From assembly GCA_045837725.1 (NCBI GenBank), contig JBEWZL010000281.1, positions 1 to 41,449 on the forward strand: a stretch of 41,449 nucleotides of DNA, read 5' to 3'. Made by a program: the position numbers and the translations under genes. The stretch comes from Vermamoeba vermiformis. Its lineage: Eukaryota. The notes beneath the pieces were generated by a model, which was not told the origin of the DNA, searched no databases, and saw only the letters and a list, made by a program, of their open reading frames with translations. This document shows, piece after piece, positions 23,634 to 35,091 of this stretch. The first letter of the stretch is position 1, and every line of letters begins with the position of its first letter.

Positions 23634-25143
23634 CTAAGTTTGGAAATCCAACAAACAATAGATTGGCTTGAAGGTTTCCCAACAGACGTATCTCGAGTTG
23701 CACATGGGTTGATACCGAATATCATCAGGCAATATGATGCTTGTCTCCCATTGGCCAGTTATGAGGTCCCAAATCACAGCTTGTCGTTGTTCCGCGTACG
23801 ACGTTAGCGCGTAACGGTTACAGTACATGTTGTCGATCTGAATCGGATTAGAATACGTTAAATATGGTTAAGTAGGAATAATATAATGTGATTACCCTCA
23901 TATTGACGAATTCTCGTGGCTGATCTGACTTGCGCAGATCCCAAATTGCGGAACAATCGAAACGAGTCGCTACAATTGTATGTTCATCAGCGAATCTGAA
24001 TCCACCGTCAAAGTCTTTCTCGACAGCTACAGACGCCACTTTTGTATAATTCTTATCAAAAGCAGCGATAAGCTTGTCGTTGTCGTTGACCATGTACGTA
24101 AAAATTAAATCATTAAGAGGATTCAATTTGCCGTGTGTCATACGGTAAGACTCTATTTGCAATTGGCCGACTTCTTTTTCTTTTTCAACGCTGTAAACTC
24201 GACCAACTAAAAAATTAAAGAAAACGTTAGTTTCCTAATTTGGGCATAGGATTGAAACTTACTTCCGCCGATGAAGACGCGGTCATTATCAATAGCTTCT
24301 GCGAATAATCCTCCTGAACCAGGTCCCGTTACGTTCTTGATAACTTTCTGAGCGGATCTGCCGGTTACAATTACGGAGTACTGATTCGTTGATAAGCCAA
24401 CTACGACTGGAATTTCTCCTGGGCGCGATTCAAGATATGAAATCGAAGTTAAGGTGTCGATATTGAACCCATCCAAGGGATGTATCTCGTCGTTATGGCA
24501 GTCCCATAATTTGAACTCGCGATCTGTTCTGAAAGCTAACCAATTTTCATCCATAGTGTACGTCCTAGGTTCAGTTCGTGGCCTAGTTTTTGACCATTCG
24601 ATTTGTCGAACATTAAATACTCCGTTTTTCCAGTTCGTATAACGCCTGTACAAATAAAAAATTTAAACATTTTTCTTCGAAATTTTAAGTTGAGCGGATC
24701 TGCTTGAGAATGCGCTTACTTTGCCAGATTAAAATAGCCCTCTCGTCCTTTTATGCTGTAGCCTGTATTCGCCGGAAATTCTTTTCTTATGAGCTCGTTG
24801 TACATCACCTCGCTGAACTTTGTTTTGAGTTTGAATACAGCTCTTGATACCGATAATAAACTACGAGTTGATGCATAGTCCAGTTCAACAAATATAAGGT
24901 GCGCTATTTCCAATGGCAAGGACTCTAATGGAAAAGTTGTATCTCCCGGCGAGATTAATTTTGCTTTCGCTTTGTTCTTCCTCACAGCCTTTGCGTAGTC
25001 TTAAAATATAAATATATTAGTATTAATATAACCTCGAATACCTATAATTATATTAACGATTCGCTTAAACGAGAAATAAGATCCGCATCCGTTCGCTACA
25101 AATTTCTTTTGTCCTCCTCTGACTACGTACTGTGTAATACCAT
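23634..25143 (-). CDS. F-box protein with WD40-like beta repeats
   Basis: F-box LESLPLEIAHLIFVELDYASTRSLLSVSR; later exons with FKLWD, AIWDLR, AVIWDLITG. First exon tentative. Confidence 0.78.
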
Positions 25144-25311
25144 CTGTATGTCATCATTTCGAACACCTAGACTAGCCAAGAAATATCTTCCTTGAAATCC
25201 CAAAGTGCTATATGTCGGCTTTTTTAAAAATTCACCAACTAGTTGTCTTTCAAGAATTAGCTCCTTAATGGCCCGAAAAAACACTTAATAAAATAAATGT
25301 TAATTAAGTAC

Positions 25312-26536
25312 TTATTTCATAATGATCCGGTACGTACTTGAAGGATAAGGTCCACGAGATGACGACATAACGTCGATCGGAGTTTCCTTAATAATTATTC
25401 TGTTATTCCACTGCCTGATTTCCGAACTGCGACAAATAAAATTACTCAAACACGTCATTATTATAAATATTATAAATATTATACCTTTGCTTAAGCATGT
25501 ACTTCAATTGCTCGAACGTAAAATTCTTCAAAAAGGGCATCATCGGATAATACATGAAAAGATGATGCAATATAGTTTTTCCTCGATAATCCTTAACTAC
25601 ATAAACCGATTAATATGGGTCACATTAGATTAAAGAAACATTTTGGCGGATCTGCTTTGGATCCGATCCCAAATTTTTTTCTTACGTTTGTGAATTTCAG
25701 GATGCCTCAAAAATATCTTCAATGCAAGTATATTAGACTTAATAATCAACATAAATGGCGTTGATATTTTTTGGAATCCGCTGGGCTCTAACGTAAGTGC
25801 TCCGCGCTTCGCTAAAAAACTCAAGATCTGCAGTCGATCTGATTTTCGAATATTCTTCGAAGTAGCTATATAATATTCCAATGACTCGGTATAAGTTACT
25901 CCTTTGCAATAAAACTCTGGTTCTTGAAACTTCGCGCCAAGATCAAACGCCTTGAAAAAGACCTTCAATCGATGGATTGTATCGTTGAGTGTGATTATGT
26001 TATTGTCTATTAATGCTTTAAGAATTTTTTGCACGTATTCGAGAGTACTACGAGCACGACTTAATTTCAATTCCGCATCTTGTACAAAAAATCAAGTTAG
26101 AATACGAATGGATCGCCATAATAATGATTGCTTACTTAATAATTCGCTCCAACCTAAGTTGTATTTGTCTTCGTAAGATTTGATCGTCGTTTCGAAATTG
26201 TTTTCCAGATCTGTCCAGAAAGTTTCTTCCGTTTGTTGCTTACTGCAGTATTTGGTTATATACCAGTGACGAATTATGCAGTAACGTTTTGCAACGTCCC
26301 AATTTTTGCTTTCTACGGCCTGAGAATAACGTAAGAACGACTGGACTAGGATTTGGGGCGCAAGACTCACAAAAAATCAATTTTCAATTATTAATAATTA
26401 AATAAATATGCTGACTTACTTGCGCAATCAGGGAGCAACCACCACCCATATTAAATAAATACGGCTGCGGATATTTTTCAAAAAATATCTGCCGAAAATC
26501 CTTCAGATTCGTAACTTCGCTGATAGAGTTCTCCAT
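25312..26536 (-). CDS. Divergent ankyrin-repeat-like protein
   Basis: Spliced MENSISEV...GCSLIAQ|AVESKNWDVAKRY, ILSFLAKRGA, GKTILHHL, NNYKETPIDV. Confidence 0.6.
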
Positions 26537-26684
26537 TGCTGTATAACGAGCCTCTATATATCAAATAATACTAGCGTGCAATTATTTATTGCAATCTTTG
26601 ATTTGTGGAGACCATTTACGAGAGTAAACTAAAAGTAAAGCCAAAAAAATTTAGTTTTTTTTAACTCGGCCGCAACGTAACAAC

Positions 26685-28711
26685 ATGATTTACGTGACGC
26701 TATTATTAACTATTATTATAATATCTATTTATATATTATCCGCGGTAATCAGCCGCGGAAAACAGCTTGTTAAGCGTTTACAACTGACTTGGAAAAAAAG
26801 AAAGCGTGGAAGATTATTCAAATATGATCCTTCGTCAGCTCTAATAGATCAATTATTACCGCTGGTAAGAACATATTTTTTAATTAGTATTTTAAATTAC
26901 GTGCAAATTTCAAATAAAGACTTTTTGTCGATCGCGACCTTTTTCGATTTCTAACAAACCTAAATTTTAGGAGATATTATCAAATATAATAGGCAGTAAC
27001 GATATCGCATTTTTAAGAAACTGTAGACGAGTCAGCAAGTATTGGAACGTTGTCGCATCCACGATCTCTCCGCAGCATTTTTTTAAGCAGCTGTAAGTCA
27101 AAGCAATAGTGCCGTACATTAAAACATAGTGCATTATTACGATATATGGATAAAAAGGTTAATTTGCTATTAGGCCAACGAGACCAAATATTGAAAAACT
27201 GGAACAACAAATGGCCCTCAAGATAGACTGGCTCGAATATCCTACAGTAATATATATTATATAATATGGCTATATTACTATCACTTTGATGCTCGATTCG
27301 TCTGAATTCAATCGCATATTTATTTAACCTTGCCAGATGCGTCGCTTTGAATAATTGCGTTCATTAATTATTTAAATTGCTTAAAGATAATAACTCAATT
27401 TTTTGTTCAAATGTAATACCTATTTAATTATATTGTACTAACATTTGGTCTTCAGGAATGGTACGATTTACAATGGCTATACGAAGACGCAGTTTTGGCG
27501 CAGCAAAGGGGCAAAAAGATTATCGACGCTAATTTAGAAAGTGCGAATGGAATTGCTGCGATATTACGAGCTCAAGATCAACCCAAGAAGTAAGCACGAA
27601 AATTTAATTTAATTAATTTAATTGTAGTTTGTAATCACACAGCCAATTCAAATTCGAGCAGCATGTGATTCTTAAAATTTTTACCTAAAAATAAGTATTT
27701 TTGACTTGACACGTGAAAAAAATGTTTGACACGTGTCAAAAATCAAATGACAGAATTTTTAGTTCTTTATGACAGGTATTTGGCGAAAGTACGAGCACCC
27801 TATCAAAAACAAGAATCAGTTATTTATGTGCTTGGCAATGGCTCTATTATACTCAAATGGTACGCAGATCGAAATGAAGATCCAGAACAGCAGAATGGAA
27901 TTGCCGAAATAATCATCGAACTTGAACATCTTACGCCACCTTTGAGATTAACACACGAACAAATTTACCGATTCAGAAAGCTTCCTATTGCAAGCGTCCC
28001 AAAAATCGGTAATTTTCCCGTCCGGATCTGCAATCCAAAAAAATTATTGAAATTTCCTTTTTAGGCATGTTACCGAGAGGTCGCGCTTTGGCTCAAACAT
28101 TAGGCTACGCATATATGCCTAGTATAGTATCAGATATTATGCACCTATTATTCACATCAGTATATTATTCATTGGCACAACAAATCATCGGATCTGCCGT
28201 CATAATATCAATGCTATTACTATTACTAGGCTATATGATGCCATTTCAATTAGAAACCAAAAAAATACCTTGGCTCATAGGCGCAATTATTAACGTAGTA
28301 ATTGCATGTTTCATCGGCAGTTCAGGAATGTTTTTCAATTTCACGAATTTTGCAGCCTGTTGTATTATTATATGCAGCTATGAATATATACTTGAAGATC
28401 TAGCAAATAGATTTCGGTACAGCGGAAATCTCAATGTGTCACATCCGGATTTGGCTAAGATATTTTGCTTCGGAGTTATTTTTCTGACAGTAGATTGGAG
28501 CACAGCAATCGGATCAATTATCAATGGAACAATATGGCAGTATTTAATACGAAATATGGTACATGCGACAGAATTGAGTGTCTTTTACCTCTTCTCGCAG
28601 TACATCCGTTGGAACCGAAAACTGGCGCAAGTCAATACTTCCCTGACGTGGAGTTTAATTATCAGAATTTATATCATTGGCGTGTTTTATACGGTTTATC
28701 TGCCCGTGTAA
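26685..28711 (+). CDS. Membrane protein: N-terminal TM, F-box, soluble region, multi-pass TM C-terminal domain
   Basis: Phase-compatible splicing joins ORFs 26685, 27726 and 28067. F-box spans intron 26865-26970: DQLLPL|EILSNIIGSNDIAFLRNCRRVSKYWNVVA. About 6-7 hydrophobic segments in the last exon. Confidence 0.72.
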
Positions 28712-29075
28712 TTCTAGTTCCACTCAGAATTGAAATCCTTGTACAATAAACGTCAACTTTTACTTTGGCTTAGATGCACTTGGCGAACTGACCAACGATG
28801 TCAAAATTTGTTTTTATTAGCATTGGATGCGTTAGCATTACTGGTCGTAATCACGCGTAATCCGCAAAACATCTTGCGAAACATTGAAAATACGAAGAAA
28901 ATTTGTCAATTTCCGATCGATCGATCAACTGCCATGGAGTAGGCAAAAATTAACAAGATTTTATTACTTAACCTGTCTCTAAGAAAGGCAAACGGAAAAA
29001 ATCTTGTTGGCACGCTCTTCGCGCTGCTTTTAGAAAGTTTGATGTCGCATGCATTATTTCAGTTTTATTTCAACA

Positions 29076-29902
29076 ATGAAGCCACAACTCATCTTCGCGA
29101 TACTATTTATCGCTGCGCATTGCGTCATGGCGCAGGCTGTGTCACAGCTTCACCAATACTACAACGCTGAAGGTTGCAACACGACAGAATCTCTCGTTGC
29201 CCAGATCCAAGTCAGTATATTGCAATGTACTGTCGTTAGAATCACTTAGATTAATTAGTTATGAGATTGGTATAATTCCGGATGGCTGCTCAGAGCGAGC
29301 ATGCACACAAAACGGGGATCTTTGGGTTTCTGTAGCTTGCAACGTTTCGTTGTCCCTCGTCGATAATTTCTCGTACGTTTCGAGATTTATGGGCTCCGAC
29401 TGTAATGACACCATGCTTGATGAAAGAGTAATTTGTAAGTAATTACTGGTATTTTTAATTTATTTATCTTTGTAAATCCAAAATCGTTAACCGACAATTT
29501 TTGATTTTAGTCAATCGCAATACCACTACGGCTTGCCTGAACGTCATTACATCCTCTTATTCAATTTCTATTAATAACACTTGCAACGCTAACGGAAACA
29601 TTACGATCGAGAGACACACATCCGTCGATTGCAGCGCTGGCGATGTGATCGAGTCTACAACAGGCTCAGATGGTACATGCGACAACTCTGTCTATGCTTT
29701 CTGCAGCGTAGATGCACCTCAAACTTCGCCATCTGCATCCGAACCAACGATCCAACCCGAATCCAGTCCAACTTCCTCGCCAACAGCTCCTACTTCGCCC
29801 AATACGAACACACCTAAATCCAGCACTCCTAAAGCAAGCAACACTGGGAAATTAGTTGCTGTTTCGTTCACCAGCATTTTATCTGCCGTACTACTTTTGT
29901 AA
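29076..29902 (+). CDS. Cys-rich surface glycoprotein with S/T/P stalk and GPI-like signal, copy 1
   Basis: Signal peptide MKPQLIFAILFIAAHCVMA; YYNAEGCNTTESLV; S/T/P-rich stalk; hydrophobic C-terminus; two introns. Confidence 0.85.
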
Positions 29903-30194
29903 TTCTTTTGCGGCGAGTAAAATTGCTCTTTGGCTAAATTTAGCTATTATACTGCTCATTTGTATAGTATAATAGGAGATTGTTTCCATTTACGTACTGG
30001 ATCAAGATCTGTTAAATGACAGCTGTCACGACAAAGTATTACTTCAAAGCAAATACCTGCATTAAGACGCAATCAAGTATTATACGTGTACGATTAATGA
30101 TATGTCAAGGTGAGATTTGATTTTCTTAACTTTGCCGCGGGTCGGAAAAAATCTCCGACACAATTCAGTTCTTTTCACTTTTCAATTCAAAACG

Positions 30195-31012
30195 ATGAAG
30201 CCACAACTCGCCCTCGCTGCAATTTTATGCGCAGTTATTATTCAATTTGTTGCCTGTCAAGTTCCTGCCTCGCAGCGGTCAAGATACTATAACGTTGAAG
30301 GATGCAACACGACAGAATCTCTCGTTTTTGAATACCAAGTAATTATTTTAAATATCCGACTAAAATTCCTGTAATATATTTAATAATTATTTTCAGGTTG
30401 GTATTGTTGGGGACGGTTGCTCTGATACCCCTTGTACTCTTGTCGCGGATAATTTATGGTTGTATATCACCTGTAGCGAACCGTCTCAGGTAGTAGATGG
30501 TCTATCTTATATTTCGAGCTACACTACGACTGATTGTGGCAACGAAACTGCACTTGACGAACGAATCCTGTAAGCAATTTTAAAAATTATTTTTACTCCG
30601 ATTTATTCTGATTAATATTGATTTTGAAGTTAACCCGTCTATAACTGGCTGTTTTAATACTTTTGATATGTCCTTTTACGTCAACAATACTTGCACGCTC
30701 AACGGCGAGATCACGCTCGAACGATTTAGCACCCTCAACTGCTCTGCTAGCTCCTTACTAACAACTCTTACTGGCTCTGATGGTACATGCACGAACTCTA
30801 CCTACGCCTATTGTGTTGTTGGAGTACCTCCGCAGGCTCCATCCGCACCTGAACCGATCAGTAGTCCTACATCCGCCAGCCCTGTCGCAAGTTCGCCACA
30901 ACCGATTAACACGCCAAAGAGCACCACTTCAACTCCCAAGGCTAGCAGTGTTGACGGCAAGTTGATGATTTCCTTCGGCAGTGTTTTTTCAGTGCTCCTT
31001 TTGTTGTTGTAG
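30195..31012 (+). CDS. Cys-rich surface glycoprotein with S/T/P stalk and GPI-like signal, copy 2
   Basis: MKPQLALAAILCAV; YYNVEGCNTTESLV; TGSDGTC shared with copy 1; similar intron layout. Confidence 0.85.
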
Positions 31013-31561
31013 ATCTGTGACAGATCCCAGCCCGAATTCAATCCTTTCAAGGCTTTGTATTACAATATAATGAACTGTACTGATCCTCTTTAGTTCAAAT
31101 AATCAACCTCGGTTCGTAGTTGGAAGTTTGTTGTTGACACGTGTCACATCCAATTCTTTCGTTCGTTACAACTCCCTTACACAAGTTCATATAATTGCAA
31201 TTTTATTTTATCTCCGTACTTAAGTATCAGTAACTGAATGAACTGACAGTTAAGGGGCAACAATAACAGTATCAACGAAAGGCCGACATCCACTCGCGGC
31301 TGATTAACGGCGGAAATAATATCGTCAGATTCCTATTCTTTCTAGAAAGGTATCATGGAGCCACGTATAAAAACGTAGGTAAAATCATGGCAAATGAAGT
31401 GCATTCTTGTCAAAGTTGACACGTCAGAAAAATTAAGGAATCGGTTGATTTGTTTTCGCTCTTTAATTATAATTTCATACTCTATTAGCACAATAAAACA
31501 CATATCAATTTTTTAAAAGATCGGCGCTGAATTTATTGCTGATTTGTTTCAACTGATCGAG

Positions 31562-31871
31562 ATGTCGAACAACAATCACCTCCCACCACCGAGAATGTTA
31601 ATGGCCACGAGTGGCAAGAAAGGTTTTGAGCCCTACTCGCCACCTCCTCCTCCTCCTCCTCATAAAGACGCGCAACCACCACAACCTGGTAAGATTGATT
31701 TTGGATCTTCGATCCGAATCTAACCGTTATAATTCAGAAATAGACCGAGTATCAGTAGAAATTATGCGAATGCTAATGGATACTAGTGGTAAGGACGGAT
31801 ACGAGGTCTATACGCCTCCAAAGGTTGAGCAGAAAAAATCAAAAGAGAAAGAGAGATGCAACGTTGCATAA
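31562..31871 (+). CDS. Small Pro-rich CaaX protein (two motif copies; ends CNVA)
   Basis: Exons 31562-31688 and 31738-31871: RMLMATSGKKGFEPYSPP...RMLMDTSGKDGYEVYTPP...KEKERCNVA*. Confidence 0.75.
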
Positions 31872-32093
31872 AATAAATCAAACATCTGCTGTATTTCTAT
31901 AAATATCACTGTAAAAATTTAACAAAATAAATAATCGCTGATGCTTCCGGTTCTTCGGCAAGAAATTTGGGAATTCCATAGGCCAATGAACCAAAAACGT
32001 CAAAAGATTATCCTCCTGCCGTCGTTAACACCACTTTGCACTTCAACTACGAACTATCGATCGTACCAATATTAGATAGATCAAGTATCTTTC

Positions 32094-32285
32094 ATGGATC
32101 CAGAAAATAAACCGGAGATCGTTGAACCAATTATGTCTAATCTCAAAGCCGAAAGAATGCTTGCTATGACTAGTGGCAAGGACTTATATGACATATATGA
32201 GCCGCCTGCTATTAAACCGCCCAAGTCACAAGAAGCCGAGTCGAATAATGAAGAAAAAACCGAAAGCAGATGCACCGTTTTGTAA
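32094..32285 (+). CDS. Small CaaX protein (ends CTVL)
   Basis: RMLAMTSGKDLYDIYEPP...ESRCTVL*. An upstream exon is possible. Confidence 0.72.
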   Translation: MDPENKPEIVEPIMSNLKAERMLAMTSGKDLYDIYEPPAIKPPKSQEAESNNEEKTESRCTVL

Positions 32286-32742
32286 ATTAGAAAAAAATAT
32301 GTATTTCGTTAATATTATAAATTATGCTTACAATTTTGCAGGTAAAGTGCTGATCCCTTCAATAATAATTTAAAAATTATTTGTTTTTAGGTACGTACCG
32401 CTCGTATCTTCATAAATGGCATTCATGATTAGCCACTAGAAAATTGTGTAGTCGTATTTACGATAGAAAATCGGAGATACGCGTTCTCGGGAAGCAAATC
32501 GAGATCCGGATACGAGCAAGATCCATTGTTGAATGTTGGGTAGTATCATATCTAAGAACTCCGTATACGGTATAAGTAGTAAATTCAATCTTGTTTCAGC
32601 TAAAAAATGTGTTTACCTACAGACAGCACGTCAGAAAAATGCCAGATCGTTGCGATATCTTTTTGTTTCTTTGTAAGCTAGCAATTGCAAGGCAATACGA
32701 GCAATCAATTTAAATTTAAACAAGAATATTCTATATTTTGCC

Positions 32743-33107
32743 ATGTCGAAGCAACAACCAGCCACAAGAATGCTAGTGTTTACTAGCGGCAAAAATTCGT
32801 TTGAACCCTATGGCCCTCCTCGACGACCCGCACCTATTCCATTGCCTCCCAAATTCCAACAATCTCCTCCTGAAGTGGAAGCCCCTGCCGATAATGCATC
32901 CAACGGTAAGATCTTTTTTAGATCGCGACTTCGACTCAAATTTTCTAATATGAACTGTTTAAAGAGAAAGAAGAATACCAACCAGAGCCATCGGCTGATG
33001 TACTGCCGCCAGAGCCCGCTGAAGAGAAAAAAGAACAACCCGAAATGACGCCAGTAAATCCAAACTCCAACAAATCTAGTAAGAGGAAACCATGCATCGT
33101 TTCCTAA
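32743..33107 (+). CDS. Small Pro/Glu-rich CaaX protein (ends CIVS)
   Basis: Exons 32743-32905 and 32965-33107: RMLVFTSGKNSFEPYGPP...KSSKRKPCIVS*. Confidence 0.75.
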
Positions 33108-33610
33108 ATAAACAAATGTATTATGATTATCAAGCCAACGTTAAATAGCACGTAATCTTCATCCAATACCGTAAGACAATTCTGGGACCTGTTGGATCGA
33201 GCGATTGATGCGTGTGTCACGATTTCCGTTGCGAACGAAAACAACGAATGCCATTTTTTAATAATAAAGATGATATTACGTCTTACTGAAGATTTTCCAA
33301 TGGTTGATTTGTAAAGTAACGTTTGACGTACTGACCCGAATTCTGCCTAGACCTCTTCAAACGATCACGTGACTTGGCTGCACGGCGTTTTGAGGCCGAG
33401 AGTTGATATCGATCACTTGCTTATTTTGAAATTGTATTGGGCACGGGATAATCACGTGGACAGGATTGACAACGTGTGGATCCACTTTGATCGTAACATT
33501 CAAGTATTGTACTTCCTACGACTCGTTCTTGAATGAAACTCCGGAACGCTCCGTCTTGTCTTGCAAATGAACGTAACTTCTCCATTGCTGAGATGCGTTG
33601 AGCGATGAAA

Positions 33611-34482
33611 TCAAACGAGGTTTATTGCATTCGGTGCGTTCTTTTTTATTTGATCCAGCACGTCTTTCATCTCCGTAAAGAACGCTAATTTGTCCTTTTT
33701 AGTAAATTGCGTGACACGTCCGCTCGTTGAAGGGATAACGAACAGCTCGGCCTCGCCAAACTCGCTCATCTTCGGTTGTCTGCCCCAAGCAACTGATTTA
33801 ACGCGTGCAAAATACGTGAACACTTGTTTGCCGTTAAAACAAACTATTTTCGGCTTGTATTGTTGGATTTTTTTCCGTAGCAATTCTCCGCCTGATTTCA
33901 GTTCCGATGGCGTTAATTCGTCCGTGCCACGCGCTGAATAATAGTATTAGAAACACTTATCATATTCTCGATGATATAGAGAATTTTTAATGCTGTTGAT
34001 GTTGGTGTTTGAGATCCAGCGATTACTGCGACTTACATTTCCGCACGACTATATTAGTCAATCCCATATTATACTTTTCTACCAAATGTATATCGTCTTC
34101 ATGCGTAACTTTGTCTTTGATGAGTCCTACAACAAGAATCAGAACGACGTTTGCGTGTCAAAAGTGTCAAAGTGTCAAACTCACCCGACTCGTTCAGCAA
34201 CTTCCAAAAATGATTTGTGGGGTTCGAATAATGGTGTTTTTTAGCAGCGGACATTAATCCAGGGTTGTAACCAATCTAAGGCGGATCCAAATTTCGTTAG
34301 TAAATATTTTCATTGAATACGAGGGTTATAGTCTGTTAAAATTTACTAGTAATTTCCAAATTTAGAAATATTAGCCTCGTGAGATCGCTACGTACGAATA
34401 AAATATCCAAATTATGGTTCAGATAATCAGGCACGCAATCATCGGTGAAATTAAACCAATCAATCTCTTCATATTCTTCCAT
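33611..34482 (-). CDS. G:T/U mismatch DNA glycosylase (UDG family 2, MUG/TDG)
   Basis: Spliced [23 protein letters not shown]...[32 protein letters not shown]. Confidence 0.92.
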
Positions 34483-34849
34483 TTGTATACAATTATTTGT
34501 TAGATAGTCTCCAAAGGTACCATCCTCGAAAAGAAGTCTGATCGAGTTCGGATCTAAAATTTAGCCGGGTTGGTTAGACACCTGTTAAGATCTCCATAAC
34601 ACTTACCATTATTTCCGTCTATTTTTATTCCTTTTTTCCAATTAGCAGGTCCTAATTTGACGCGGTAGGTCAGATTCACAAGTAGCAAAGGCTTTTGTTC
34701 TGCAATTTTCAATAATTTTAATTAATTATGTAAATAATATTCTTAATTACGGTCTATTCATACCTATTTTAATACTTGGGTCTTCTTTTTTTTGCTTCTT
34801 TATAAAATAATTTTCAATGGGTTCATTCGATCCAAGAGCAACATCACTC

Positions 34850-35012
34850 TGTAATGATGTACTCATACAATAAACGTGAGAACGTCAGCGTGTCAGGTGC
34901 GTGGTTAAGCCACGGTAAATCCCGACTTAACGGAAACCTGGCGGGTATAAAAACCCTGCCAATCTCTTTCCGTCCTGACCTTCTTCACACCCACTACGAG
35001 CACTACATTACA
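34850..35012 (+). repeat. 5' LTR
   Basis: TGTAATG...CATTACA inverted ends; identical by eye to 41286-41448. Confidence 0.96.
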
Positions 35013-35013
35013 T

Positions 35014-35029
35014 TGGTGCGCCTCGCCGG
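35014..35029 (+). other. tRNA primer-binding site
   Basis: TGGTGCGCCTCGCCGG one base after the LTR, complementary to a tRNA 3' end ...CCGGCGAGGCGCACCA. tRNA identity not determined. Confidence 0.8.
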
Positions 35030-35091
35030 TGTTAGAAGTTTTATTTATTTACATAACGTTTTAAATACATCGCCTGATCTTCACATCTACA

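Noticed and set aside
33140-33610. Less AT-rich spacer that might be coding
   Set aside because: No convincing spliced ORF or recognisable motif on either strand.
34500-34849. tRNA gene as retrotransposon target
   Set aside because: Only a weak B-box-like word; no cloverleaf could be built.
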